A stretch of DNA of 64,000 nucleotides, taken from positions 768,001 through 832,000 of the forward strand of contig OY970208.1 of the NCBI GenBank assembly GCA_963713865.1, in the 5' to 3' direction. The notes under the pieces were generated by a model, which was given only the letters and a program-made list of their open reading frames with translations, did not search any database and was not told the DNA's origin. A program made the position numbers and the translations under genes. The DNA is from an uncultured candidate division Zixibacteria bacterium (GTDB lineage Bacteria > Zixibacteria > MSB-5A5 > RBG-16-43-9). Below are positions 52,591 to 62,982 of the stretch, piece after piece (position 1 is the stretch's first letter; each line of letters starts with the position of its first letter).

Positions 52591-52660
52591 TTTTACTCCT
52601 CCTCTTTTTTGTTATTTTCTTTGTTCATTCTCACTTACTTCCTTTAGCTTATTTGCCAAA

Positions 52661-53350
52661 CTATGATTTCAGAGATTTCTTACCGAAAATAGATTTAAAA
52701 ATCCCAACAATTATACTCACCAGGCCAATCGGTAAGAGAAATATAAAGAAAAGTCTGGAAAGAACTGCGCTCCATAAAAACTTTGGAACAGAAAGAATCG
52801 CTTTCCATAACCTCTTGGTCCCTGAAATAACCAACGTATCAGGAAGAAACTCTTCCTCAATTATCGTTTTTTTCTCTTCTACTTCTGGCTCGACTTCAGT
52901 CCCGGCTATAATCCTTTTTGCTTCTGCTTCAATTGCTGTCTCAACTTCTGGTTCTTCCTTTTTCACTGTCCTGGAATGTTCTATAGCTTTGACTAAAACT
53001 TCTTTAAGCTCATCCGGTGTAAATGGCTTTGAGACATAATCTGAGACTCCTAACTTCATTGCTTTTACTGCTGATTCCACAGAAGGGTAACCCGTTATCA
53101 TTACTACGATTACATCTGGATGATTCTTCTTAATAATCCTTAAAACCTCCATCCCGTCAATTTCCGGAAGTTTCCAGTCTACTAAAACCGCATCATATTT
53201 ATCTTCCTCTATTTTCTTTAATCCTTCCCTGCCATTCATTGCTCCCTTTACCTCAAAACCTTCCTGACGTAATATCTTGCGGCAGCTATCTAAGACGATC
53301 GGTTCATCATCTATCACCAGTATGTTCTTTGTATCCTTCATCTTACTCAC
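52661..53350 (-). CDS. Response regulator with acidic linker and C-terminal hydrophobic segment
   Basis: LVIDDE, DWKLP, ITGY, KPF; hydrophobic tail. Confidence 0.85.
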   Translation of the reverse strand: MSKMKDTKNILVIDDEPIVLDSCRKILRQEGFEVKGAMNGREGLKKIEEDKYDAVLVDWKLPEIDGMEVLRIIKKNHPDVIVVMITGYPSVESAVKAMKLGVSDYVSKPFTPDELKEVLVKAIEHSRTVKKEEPEVETAIEAEAKRIIAGTEVEPEVEEKKTIIEEEFLPDTLVISGTKRLWKAILSVPKFLWSAVLSRLFFIFLLPIGLVSIIVGIFKSIFGKKSLKS

Positions 53351-53395
53351 CTCCTCTGATTTTCAGTTTGTTACTTTTTTCACAAACTTTTAAAG

Positions 53396-53412
53396 AGCAA
53401 TTGGTATGCCAA
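53396..53412 (-). promoter_or_regulatory. Sigma54 (-24/-12) promoter
   Basis: TTGGCATACCAATTGCT: GG-N10-GC, about 45 bp upstream of the operon. Confidence 0.75.
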
Positions 53413-54442
53413 AAGATTATATATATTATGCTGATCTAATTAACGTTTTGTATAATAATGAGTTATAATGAAAAATTTATGAGTGTATTACTATTAATGG
53501 AGCTTGATTAATATTAATTGTATATATTTTATATACGAGCTTGAAAGTTAAATATATGCAAGACTTAAACTTATACTTTATTTTAGATGTATAAATTTAA
53601 TCTAAAAGTATAATTCTTTTATCCAAAAATTTTTGAAAAACGGCTGATAAATATATTTATTGGTTACAGGAACTATTAATTGAACATTACTATTAAAAAT
53701 AGACGTTAACATATACCTTTAACAACCCGAAGAGTTACTGCTATATCATCCTTTTAATTAGATTATAGATTTACTATAGATATAGAATGATGATTGTAAA
53801 AACACTTGATACCACTCAACTTGGTACAAATAGATATAACCTGACGATTATTAGCAAAGCGGATTGTCAATCTAAAAGTCGATCACGAAAAAAACCTCCC
53901 CTCCTGAAATTTTAATTTATGGTTTAGATGGTTTCAGAACCTAAACTAAAAAAGACCAACTAAATATCCTGGAATAACTTTACATAAACTCCCCATTTAT
54001 TTGTCCTAATATGGATCCCTTAGGAAAAGAAATGGGATTTAAATCTAGGCATAGAAACCAAAATATCTTTGATATTTTAACTCTAAAAGTATGAAATTCA
54101 GTTTCAGATCTTTTATAATCACCTAATTTTTTAAGTCTTATAGATAGTTAAAAAAACTTTCTTTTTTCCCAAAAGGACCCTATATTGTATTAAAGAGCAG
54201 GTTAAATTATTCTCCCTTTAAAAGGTGAGGAGTGTATGCTTTGTTTTAAGATTTAAGCTCTTTGAGATATTTTCTTCATAGACGCTTTTTCAAGTCCAGA
54301 ACTCGAATATCAAAGAGAGGAAACTTTTAAAAGGTAAGGTCAGAGTTACAAATCTTAAGAGTTCTTTTTAAGACGTTCAGGGAATAGAGGTCCAGCTTTG
54401 GTGGGGTCAGACCTTGCAAAATATTTAACTCGAGGTTTAAAT

Positions 54443-55795
54443 ATGAATCTAAAAGAAAAAGATAAATCGGTAAGTATCCTGGTGGTGGATGATGAGTTCA
54501 GCGTGAGGGATTCTTTGACCAAGTGGTTCAAGTCAGATGGATATTTGGCAGATTCAGCTGCGGATGCAAATGAAGCTTTGAAAAAACTTCAGGAAAAGCA
54601 CTGGGATATTGCTTTTCTGGATATCAAGATGCCGGGAATCGATGGAATGGAACTGCAGCAGAGGATCAAAAACATCGATCCTAATATAGTTGTTATAATA
54701 TTAACCGGTTATGCCTCTATTGATACCGCGGTAAAATCTCTTAAAGAGGGAGCTTATGATTATGTGACCAAACCAGTTGATCCGGATTATCTTTCTCACC
54801 TGATCGAAAAAATTGTCCAGCAAAAACTGGTTTTATCCGAGAATATTCAGCTCAAGGAAACGATTCGAGAACTTTACATAGCGGATCAGATTATAGGCGA
54901 AAGTCCGGAGATGCTAAAGGTTTTTGAATTGATGAAGGCGGTAGCCCCTGCCAACACATCTGTTTTTATCCGGGGGGAGAGTGGAACTGGAAAAGAGCTT
55001 TTAGCCCGGACAATTCATGCCAAAAGCTCCAGGCGGTTTTTCCCTTTCGTCAACCTCAATTGCGGAGGGTTGAGTGAAGATTTTCTGGAGAGTGAGCTTT
55101 TTGGACATGAGAAAGGAGCTATGGCTGGAGCTTTGTACCAGCGCAAAGGAAAACTTGAGATGGCCGATGGCGGTACCATTTTTCTGAATGAGGTTGCCAG
55201 CCTTTCACCAAAAGCCCAGACGGTCCTTCATACCGCCATAGAGACAAAACAGTTCAATCGGATTGGTGGTCAGGAAATCATTAAAGCTGATTTCCGCTTG
55301 ATCTCAGCCACCAGTCACAATCTGGAGCTTCTGGTTAAAGAAGGCATCTTCAGGGAAGATTTATATTATCAGCTGAATGTCTTTACCATTTCCATGCCTC
55401 CCTTAAGAAACAGAAAGAAAGATCTGCCGCTTTTAGCCAGTTATTTTTTAAATAGTCTGGTAAAAGCTGTGAATAAACCAATAGAAGGGCTATCGGCTGA
55501 AGCTCTGAAATCAATAGAAGAATATGATTGGCCCGGAAATGTACGAGAGCTTAAAAATGCGATTGAAAGAGCGGTGGTGGTAAGCAAAGGTCCGTTAATA
55601 ACTTTATCGGACCTTCCCATACCGGCTTTTCCTAAAACCTCGATGGAGGATCTAAGCCTGGAAGCCGCAGAAAAAAATCACCTCCGGCAAGTGCTCGAGC
55701 AGATGGGATGGGACTTAGATAAATCAACTGAAGTTTTGAAGATCGATAGAGTAATACTTGAGAGTAAAATTGAAAAATACGGGTTACGGAAGTAA
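54443..55795 (+). CDS. NtrC-family response regulator / enhancer-binding protein with degenerate motifs
   Basis: REC + GESGTGKE + WPGNVREL; GAFTGA replaced by GAMAGA; Walker B reads FLNE. Confidence 0.9.
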   Translation: MNLKEKDKSVSILVVDDEFSVRDSLTKWFKSDGYLADSAADANEALKKLQEKHWDIAFLDIKMPGIDGMELQQRIKNIDPNIVVIILTGYASIDTAVKSLKEGAYDYVTKPVDPDYLSHLIEKIVQQKLVLSENIQLKETIRELYIADQIIGESPEMLKVFELMKAVAPANTSVFIRGESGTGKELLARTIHAKSSRRFFPFVNLNCGGLSEDFLESELFGHEKGAMAGALYQRKGKLEMADGGTIFLNEVASLSPKAQTVLHTAIETKQFNRIGGQEIIKADFRLISATSHNLELLVKEGIFREDLYYQLNVFTISMPPLRNRKKDLPLLASYFLNSLVKAVNKPIEGLSAEALKSIEEYDWPGNVRELKNAIERAVVVSKGPLITLSDLPIPAFPKTSMEDLSLEAAEKNHLRQVLEQMGWDLDKSTEVLKIDRVILESKIEKYGLRK

Positions 55796-55797
55796 AA

Positions 55798-56343
55798 GTG
55801 CGCATATACGTTTTACCGCTGAGCTTTCCGGATAAAAATCTCTTTAATACTCTGTGTAACACCCTGGAGGATGCTTTTAAGATCCCGGTGAAGATATTAA
55901 ACCATCCCTTCCCTCTGGAAAAAGGAAAAGACCCCACCCGGAATCAATACAACTCCACCTGGATTTTGTCCCAGCTTTTAAAGGAAGTTCCTGAAGAATC
56001 CTGCAAAATTTTAGGGGTGACCAACCTTGATCTTTTTGTTCCAGTTTTAACTTATGTTTTTGGTGAAGCCCAGTTGGAAGGGAAGGCTGCGGTGGTTTCC
56101 AGTTTCAGGTTGAGAGATGAGTTATACGGATTACCAAAAAATCCGGATAAGCTGAAAGAGCGATTGGAAAAAGAAGCTGTTCACGAATTGGGTCACACTT
56201 TCGCTCTGATACATTGTCCAAACCCCAGATGCGTGATGTATACTTCCACCTATGCAGAGGAGATCGACTTCAAATCCAAAGATTTCTGCAATAGCTGCTC
56301 CTCTATTCTGGAGAAGAAAAAAGAACAACTATTACAGAAATAA
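55798..56343 (+). CDS. Archaemetzincin family zinc metalloprotease (M54)
   Basis: HELGHTFALIHC...CVM...FCNSC. Confidence 0.92.
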   Translation: MRIYVLPLSFPDKNLFNTLCNTLEDAFKIPVKILNHPFPLEKGKDPTRNQYNSTWILSQLLKEVPEESCKILGVTNLDLFVPVLTYVFGEAQLEGKAAVVSSFRLRDELYGLPKNPDKLKERLEKEAVHELGHTFALIHCPNPRCVMYTSTYAEEIDFKSKDFCNSCSSILEKKKEQLLQK

Positions 56344-56368
56344 AAACCAGCTCAAGACCTTAGATTAT

Positions 56369-56554
56369 TTAAGCCTTCTTGTCCCTTATCTCCATCAAGA
56401 TAAAGTTTAAAGCAAAAAAGAGACATCCAACTGCAAACCTGAAAGCGCTCTGGGAGGATGCTCCCAGGGGCATTAAATCAGCCAGCCTGAAAATTATTGC
56501 AAGGATAAAAGCAATAGCAGCCAGTACCATTAAAAGGTTAGCCAGGGTCTTCAT
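56369..56554 (-). CDS. Small two-TM hypothetical protein
   Basis: RBS GGAGG; two hydrophobic helices. Confidence 0.6.
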   Translation of the reverse strand: MKTLANLLMVLAAIAFILAIIFRLADLMPLGASSQSAFRFAVGCLFFALNFILMEIRDKKA

Positions 56555-56892
56555 AAGAAACCTCCGGTTTTTTGGTTAGGGGTTAATAATAGATAGCTTA
56601 TTGTTAAAAAAATTCCCTGTTGCTTTAAATAAATTAGAATTTTATAAAACAGTTGTCAATGAAAATGTTATGGCTTTTCTTAAAAATTAGGTTGCCTTAA
56701 CTTGAGAATATATTTAAACCTCACTCCTCTTCCCTTTCCTACTGATTCGTTTATAGGAATAAATGAGAGGAAAAGATTAATACTTGTACACTTCATGGTA
56801 ACTTCAAAAGAATTTTTTAATACAGAAAGGTTTTCCCTTGATTTCCCTCAAAAATTTGCTTAATTAGTTTCGTTTATTGAAAGGGTCTTAAA

Positions 56893-56978
56893 GCGAAAGT
56901 GGCGGAACTGGCATACGCGCTGGATTTAGGATCCAGTGCCCTCAAGGCTTGGGGGTTCAACTCCCCCCTTTCGCACCA
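56893..56978 (+). tRNA. tRNA-Leu (TAG)
   Basis: GCGAAAGTGGCGGAACTGG...CTGGA-TTTAGGA-TCCAG, long variable arm, GGTTCAACTCC, CCA end. Confidence 0.96.
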
Positions 56979-57008
56979 TTCTGGTTAATAGATAAAGAGG
57001 AGGAAATA

Positions 57009-58310
57009 TTGAAAGTTAATGTTACTGAAGAAAAAGCCTGGAAAAGAGTTTTGGAAATAGAGATACCGGTGGAGAAGGTTAATGGGGAATTCGACTCGGT
57101 TTATCTGGAGTATCAGAGAAAAGCCAAAATTCCGGGTTTCCGTCCGGGAAAAGCGCCATTAGAGCTGATCAAAAAAAGATATAAGGATAAAGTTACCAAA
57201 GACGTCCTGGAAAACCTTTTACCCGAAGCTTATCAGGAAGCAGTCAAACAAACCAGTTTAATCCCTTTGACCCTGCCTCTTTTGAAGGACATAGATTTTC
57301 AGGAAGGGTTGCCTATAAAGTTCAAAGCTCAAATCGAGATCCGGCCGGAAATAGAGCCAAAGGATTACCAGGGATTACAGCTGAAAAGAAAAATAATCGA
57401 GATCAAGGAAGAGCACGTTCATAACACCTTGAATTATCTTCAGGATAAAAATGCGGAATTACATTCTGTCGATAGAGAGGCAAAAGATGGAGATTTTTTG
57501 GTGGTGGATTTGGAGGAGATAGCAGAAAGAGAAGCTAAAGCAAAAAAGAAAGCGGAGAATCAAACCATCTGGTTGAAAAAAGAAAATCTTTTAGCCGAAT
57601 TTTACCGTGGATTTACCGGTGCAAAAGCAGGTGAGGAAAAAGAGATCGAGGCAATCTATCCCCAGGATTATTTTGAGAAAAACCTGGCGGGTAAAATCAT
57701 TAAATACAAAGCCAAAGTAAAAGAGGTAAAGGAAAAAATACTTCCGGAGATAAACGATGATTTTGCCAAAAGCCTGGGCGAATATAAAAGCTTAGAAGAG
57801 CTGAAGAGTAAGATCAAAGAAGATTTAAAAATAAAGGCAAAGCAAGATGAAGAAAAGGATTTAGCCAATCAGGTTATAAAACAGGTGGTGGAAAATAACA
57901 GCTTTGAGGTGCCTGAATCTCTTCTGGATCTTTATCTGGACTCCGTGATGGAGGATTTGAGGAAAACATACAAGAAAGTGGATGAAGAGAAAATCAGGGA
58001 GCAATACCGGGAGCTGGGCTTAGCCCGGATCAGGTGGGAGTTCATCCGGCAGGAGATAGCCAAAAAGGAGAAGATCGAGGTTACCAAAGAGGAAATAGAT
58101 AAATGGGTGGAGAATTTCGCTAAAACCAATTCCCTGGAGCTGAAACAGGCTAAGGAGTTTATAGCCCAGAACAAAAAAATCGAGAGCATAAAAGATACCA
58201 TCCTGGAAGATAAGGTGATAGATTTCATCTTGAATAATTCTAAAATAAAAGAGGAAATCATAAAAGAATCCAAACAGGAAAAAGAAGAGAAAAAAATCAT
58301 AAAACCCTGA
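57009..58310 (+). CDS. tig: Trigger factor
   Basis: IPGFRPGKAP motif; TTG start after GAGGAGG; upstream of clpP. Confidence 0.93.
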   Translation: MKVNVTEEKAWKRVLEIEIPVEKVNGEFDSVYLEYQRKAKIPGFRPGKAPLELIKKRYKDKVTKDVLENLLPEAYQEAVKQTSLIPLTLPLLKDIDFQEGLPIKFKAQIEIRPEIEPKDYQGLQLKRKIIEIKEEHVHNTLNYLQDKNAELHSVDREAKDGDFLVVDLEEIAEREAKAKKKAENQTIWLKKENLLAEFYRGFTGAKAGEEKEIEAIYPQDYFEKNLAGKIIKYKAKVKEVKEKILPEINDDFAKSLGEYKSLEELKSKIKEDLKIKAKQDEEKDLANQVIKQVVENNSFEVPESLLDLYLDSVMEDLRKTYKKVDEEKIREQYRELGLARIRWEFIRQEIAKKEKIEVTKEEIDKWVENFAKTNSLELKQAKEFIAQNKKIESIKDTILEDKVIDFILNNSKIKEEIIKESKQEKEEKKIIKP

Positions 58311-58372
58311 AGAATTGGTAGCACAGGCGTCCCCGCCTGTGGCTTGCTAAATTAGTTTAAAAAGGAGAGAAT

Positions 58373-58960
58373 ATGACCCTGGTTCCATTCGTTATCGAAC
58401 AAACTAGTAGAGGGGAGAGAGCTTATGACATTTTCTCCCGGCTTTTAAAGGACCGGATTATCTTCATCGGCTCGCCCATCGATGATAATGTTGCTAATCT
58501 GGTAATCGCCCAGCTTCTGTTCCTGGATGCAGAAGATCCGGAAAAGGATATCAACATCTATATCAATTCCCCGGGCGGGATAGTTACCTCAGGTCTTGCC
58601 ATTTACGATACTATGCAGTTTGTCAAGCCGGCCGTGGCTACAACCTGTGTGGGGTTAGCCGCTAGTATCGCCGCGCTCCTTCTGGCTGGCGGAACAAAAG
58701 GGAAAAGGTCTGCGCTTCCCCATTCCAGGATGCTGATTCACCAGCCCTGGGGAGGGGTTCAGGGACAGGTAACCGATATCGAGATCCAGACCAAAGAGAT
58801 GAGAACTGTCAGGGAAATCTTAAACGATATATTATCCAAGCATACCGGACAGCTGGTGGAAAAGATAGTTAAGGATACAGACCGGAACTTCTTTATGTCT
58901 CCAGAGGAGTCTAAGGCTTATGGTCTGATCGATGAGATTTTCCAGAAGAAGACCAAATAA
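58373..58960 (+). CDS. clpP: Clp protease proteolytic subunit
   Basis: [32 protein letters not shown]. Confidence 0.97.
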   Translation: MTLVPFVIEQTSRGERAYDIFSRLLKDRIIFIGSPIDDNVANLVIAQLLFLDAEDPEKDINIYINSPGGIVTSGLAIYDTMQFVKPAVATTCVGLAASIAALLLAGGTKGKRSALPHSRMLIHQPWGGVQGQVTDIEIQTKEMRTVREILNDILSKHTGQLVEKIVKDTDRNFFMSPEESKAYGLIDEIFQKKTK

Positions 58961-59126
58961 GAGAAGAATTTCTATAAGTTTTGAGGAAAAGTAGTTTCGC
59001 AGAATCCCCTCCCTTGATGGCCGATAAAAGTCCTACGGAGGCTTCGCTCCTCGTAGAGGAAGGGGTAAGGGGAGGGTGTCCCTCTCCCATAAAGAGAGAG
59101 GAAAATAAAGACACAAAGGAAAAGAA

Positions 59127-60401
59127 ATGCCTAAGCGGATAGTTGTGGGGATGCAGTGGGGGGATGAGGGTAAAGGTAAGATCGTTGACCTTTTGTCTGA
59201 GCAGGCGGATGTCATTGCCCGATACCAGGGCGGGGCAAATGCCGGTCATACCGTGGTAATCGATTCCAAAAAATTTATTTTGCATCTTATCCCAACCGGA
59301 ATTTTACATCCTAAAAAATTCTGTGTGATCGGAAACGGGGTGGTATTGGATTTAGAGCTTTTCTTCCTGGAGTTGGAGGAATTAAAAAGTAAAGGGATAA
59401 AGTTTGACAAAAGGATTTTCATCAGCAAAAATGCTCATCTGGTAATGCCCTATCATAAAGATATGGAGAGGATAGAGGAGGAGAAAAGGGGAAATTCCAG
59501 AATCGACACTACTCTTAAGGGGATTGGACCGGCTTACCTGGATAAAATCGGTCGGAGAGGGATACGTTTAAATGACCTTTTCGACGAGAAGCTTTTCCGG
59601 GCAAAGATCGAGGAGAATCTGAAGGATAAAAGCAGCTGTCTCAACTGTCTTCTGGAAAAAGAGCTTTCCTCATTATGGGAGCATTGTTTGAGCTTTCTTG
59701 AGTACAAAAACAGGCTCGCCCTTTTGATGATAGACACAACCTCCTTTTTGAATAAAGCGATTAAACAAAAGAAAGATATCCTTTTCGAAGGAGCTCAGGG
59801 CACACTTTTGGATATAGATTTCGGGACCTATCCTTATGTGACTTCCTCAAATACCACAGCCGGAGGAGCCTGCACCGGATTGGGAGTCAGTCCGGTTTAC
59901 ATAGATGAGGTCATCGGCGTTTCCAAAGCTTATACCACCAGAGTGGGGAATGGACCTTTTCCCACTGAATTGAAAGACAAAACCGGGGAACATATCCAGC
60001 AAATTGGGAACGAGTTCGGCGCCACAACTGGCAGACCCAGAAGATGCGGATGGTTAGACCTTTTGATCTTGAGATATGCGGTGATGATAAACGGGATCAA
60101 AAAAATCGCATTGACCAAATTAGACGTCTTAGACCAGCTCGAGACCATAAAGGTTTGCACCGGGTATAAATACAAGGGTAAGGTTTTAAAAGAATTTTCC
60201 ACTGAGCTTAATGTTCTGGAAAATTGCGAGCCATTATATAAAAATATTTCTGGTTGGAAAAAAGACACCACCGGGATAAGGGATTACAAAAAACTCCCCC
60301 AGAAAACTAAAGACTATATAAAATTCATCCAAGACCAGACCGAAACGAAAATCTTCTTAATCTCAACCGGGTGTAAAAGGGAAGAGACGATCTGGGTATG
60401 A
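59127..60401 (+). CDS. purA: Adenylosuccinate synthetase
   Basis: QWGDEGKGK, GGANAGHT, EGAQG, TTGRPRRCGW. Confidence 0.97.
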   Translation: MPKRIVVGMQWGDEGKGKIVDLLSEQADVIARYQGGANAGHTVVIDSKKFILHLIPTGILHPKKFCVIGNGVVLDLELFFLELEELKSKGIKFDKRIFISKNAHLVMPYHKDMERIEEEKRGNSRIDTTLKGIGPAYLDKIGRRGIRLNDLFDEKLFRAKIEENLKDKSSCLNCLLEKELSSLWEHCLSFLEYKNRLALLMIDTTSFLNKAIKQKKDILFEGAQGTLLDIDFGTYPYVTSSNTTAGGACTGLGVSPVYIDEVIGVSKAYTTRVGNGPFPTELKDKTGEHIQQIGNEFGATTGRPRRCGWLDLLILRYAVMINGIKKIALTKLDVLDQLETIKVCTGYKYKGKVLKEFSTELNVLENCEPLYKNISGWKKDTTGIRDYKKLPQKTKDYIKFIQDQTETKIFLISTGCKREETIWV

Positions 60402-60415
60402 GGGGGTTTTGAAAT

Positions 60416-61474
60416 TTATTGCATAGATCTGAGTTCAAAGGCTTTTTCAAAATTCTTTGCTTTCAATATTTTCTTTTTTAGACCTTCATAGGGTGGGAAT
60501 GCTCCGCCAAAACCAATAACCCTTCTTGCTTTAGCTATCATTTCTAATTGCTCAGCAGTCCAATTAGGTGATACGAATGTGTTCTTAGGCCTTGGCTCAA
60601 GCGGTTCATATCTCATTGGATAAGCAACAACCCCCCAATCCAAAAGGTCTTTTATCCGATTCAAAAAATCTTCTGATTTATCAAGATGGTTATAAAGACA
60701 ATAAACGATAATTTTTCTACCTCTAATTCCTACAGTATTCAAAATAGTTATGGCTTTTTTAAGAGATGATCTAATAGGATTACTATCATATGCTAATCTT
60801 ACTAAGGGAATTTTAAGTCTTTTAAGTCTTATTGCAACTTCTTCATCCAAAAGTCTTGCATCCAGCCCTTGATTAAAATCAACTTCAAGATTTAATTCCT
60901 CAAGTTCATCAAAGATGTTTTTCCAATATGGAGAAGCAAGAATATTGTTATCCCAGAATACAACTTTATTATGTCCTGGATATATAAGCTTTTTTATTGT
61001 TTTTTTTGCCTTAAATTTAGGCTCCAATACAGGTACTGAGCAAAAAGGACAACTCCTTATGCATCCTCTGGATGAAAAAAGAATGCTTGCTTTCCACTCA
61101 GGTACCAGAGAATAATCGGGTAAGATGTTTTCGACTTTCTTGTATAAACCTTTATGGATTTTAATTCTGTTTTTAAAATTTTCCCGAAGATGATCTTCAC
61201 ATAAAGTAGCATAAATGCCACCTACTATAATATCTGATCTTTTGTATTTTTGGGTATAATGCTGGATAACTTCATGAACTGGTTCCCAGGCATAAGTAAA
61301 AAGACTAGTAATATAGATAATATCTGGCTTAAATCCGTTGTCAGAAAACCCTTGGACAAATGTTACTTTATCCTTTTTCTGCTTGTGATAAGCAGCGAGT
61401 TTAAGAAGACCGAGGGGAGGATAAGGAGTATGATACTTCTTACTCTTTGGAGGTTCGACGAGCAAAATTTTCAT
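60416..61474 (-). CDS. Radical SAM protein with N-terminal B12-binding-like domain
   Basis: KILLVEP...PPLGLLKLAAY...IVGGIYATL; RGCIRSCPFC (CxxxCxxC); DNNIL, DFNQGLDAR. Confidence 0.88.
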   Translation of the reverse strand: MKILLVEPPKSKKYHTPYPPLGLLKLAAYHKQKKDKVTFVQGFSDNGFKPDIIYITSLFTYAWEPVHEVIQHYTQKYKRSDIIVGGIYATLCEDHLRENFKNRIKIHKGLYKKVENILPDYSLVPEWKASILFSSRGCIRSCPFCSVPVLEPKFKAKKTIKKLIYPGHNKVVFWDNNILASPYWKNIFDELEELNLEVDFNQGLDARLLDEEVAIRLKRLKIPLVRLAYDSNPIRSSLKKAITILNTVGIRGRKIIVYCLYNHLDKSEDFLNRIKDLLDWGVVAYPMRYEPLEPRPKNTFVSPNWTAEQLEMIAKARRVIGFGGAFPPYEGLKKKILKAKNFEKAFELRSMQ

Positions 61475-62982
61475 GTTAACAGAATCATAGGATATTCAAA
61501 TCTTATTCCATCACATTTCACGGAATTTATGAAATCCCTGCATTCGGCTTTTAACTTTCCCAGACGAGGGTAACTTTTAGCTATACTTTCATTTACAGTA
61601 GCTAATATCTTTCCGTTGTATTGAAAACCTTGAAGCAGCTCAGGTGTTTCCAAACAAAGAGATTTCTCACGTTTGTCTTCTTGCAGACTATCAAGGTATA
61701 TTAATAAGACTGCAAAAGGGAAGCGACTCAAACTTAGCTTCTTCAAATGCTTTTTTGAAAGTCTTTCTCGGAATTGTTTGTCATGAAGCGCGATTGAAAG
61801 CCCTGCGGGATAAATGTGGTAGACTAAAAACATCCTTTTCTCTGGCTTCTCCTCTTGACGTGCTTCAGAGAAAATATCGACTAGGAATCGAAAACAGCTA
61901 GCGACACCATGGGAATCATGAAAACTTTCCCGAAAAATTTGCTCTAATGATTCGTCTTGTGTTCCGAACACATCAGGAGGCCAATCAATTTTGTGTTTTT
62001 TTTCGGAGACCGAAAATTTAAACAGAGATATTAGTTGCTTTAAGTTCTCTTTATATACAGGGTCATCCCAGACATTTGTAATTTCTCGTTCGCTGGAAAT
62101 CGTACTAACTCCGTAGAACTCTCTTTTTAGGTCGTCGAGTTTTGCAATAAGATAACCAACATCATGAAAAACCGAGGTTAGTAGCCACATAAATTCAAGG
62201 GAAAGTCCTCGATATTTTGGGAAAATACTCTTGAAGTAAGTTTTAAAATCACTTTGATAGCGATCCAGTATGAATAAACCTAACAAGAAAATATGAAAAG
62301 AGTGAAAGTAGTGATCCCTGATATCCAAGGAGCTTTCAAACCTACTTAGGATTTCGAACGAATCGATTCCGGACGTATAGTTGTCATCAGACTTTAAGAG
62401 CTTGGCAATAGTGTCTTTAACGAGCTCTTCCTCTCTCTGCTGATCGAGTTTACTCTTGCTTTTAAGTTTCAGATATTCTTTTGAAAAGTCTTTCAACAAT
62501 GTTCTAAATTTTGAATTTCCTAAGGTAAATGTTGGGATTTTATTTATTACCCATGATGGGTAGTGTCCGACATACTGCGCGGGTGACACAAGTGGAATCA
62601 CTGGGTTTACAGCATCACGAATTAATAAGAGGCGATTTTTTTTGACCAAGATCAGACCGAATCCCTTTTCCCGACAGCTTTCCTCGAAAATGTCCAGAAG
62701 CTGTTCGTCTTGCAAGATGAAAAAGAAATCAAAATCGCAGCCGCCCATCGCCTTTTTCACTTCTTCAGCTAAGATAATTGGGAAAGATTCTGCTGAAGGC
62801 ACTTCCGTAAATGCAATGTACCTCCTAGTCCGAGTGTCTTTAAATAAATAATCTGGTTGCCACCGAACATCGGGTAATTTTCTTGAAAACCGCACTTTAT
62901 CTCTCGGTTGCATAGCACTTGAAGGGAGTTTCCGTGCTTTTGAAATATACTTCCCCAGCTTATGAACAAGATCTGTTGACAT
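61471..62982 (-). CDS. HD-domain protein with N-terminal restriction-endonuclease-like region
   Basis: RDHYFHS, FHDVGY, SHG, ALHD, LDSLQE; N-terminal WQPDYLF...FTEV. Confidence 0.75.
   Translation of the reverse strand: MSTDLVHKLGKYISKARKLPSSAMQPRDKVRFSRKLPDVRWQPDYLFKDTRTRRYIAFTEVPSAESFPIILAEEVKKAMGGCDFDFFFILQDEQLLDIFEESCREKGFGLILVKKNRLLLIRDAVNPVIPLVSPAQYVGHYPSWVINKIPTFTLGNSKFRTLLKDFSKEYLKLKSKSKLDQQREEELVKDTIAKLLKSDDNYTSGIDSFEILSRFESSLDIRDHYFHSFHIFLLGLFILDRYQSDFKTYFKSIFPKYRGLSLEFMWLLTSVFHDVGYLIAKLDDLKREFYGVSTISSEREITNVWDDPVYKENLKQLISLFKFSVSEKKHKIDWPPDVFGTQDESLEQIFRESFHDSHGVASCFRFLVDIFSEARQEEKPEKRMFLVYHIYPAGLSIALHDKQFRERLSKKHLKKLSLSRFPFAVLLIYLDSLQEDKREKSLCLETPELLQGFQYNGKILATVNESIAKSYPRLGKLKAECRDFINSVKCDGIRFEYPMILLT

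Noticed and set aside
56949-57008. N-terminal extension of trigger factor in the ORF track
   Set aside because: It overlaps tRNA-Leu; a strong RBS precedes TTG at 57009
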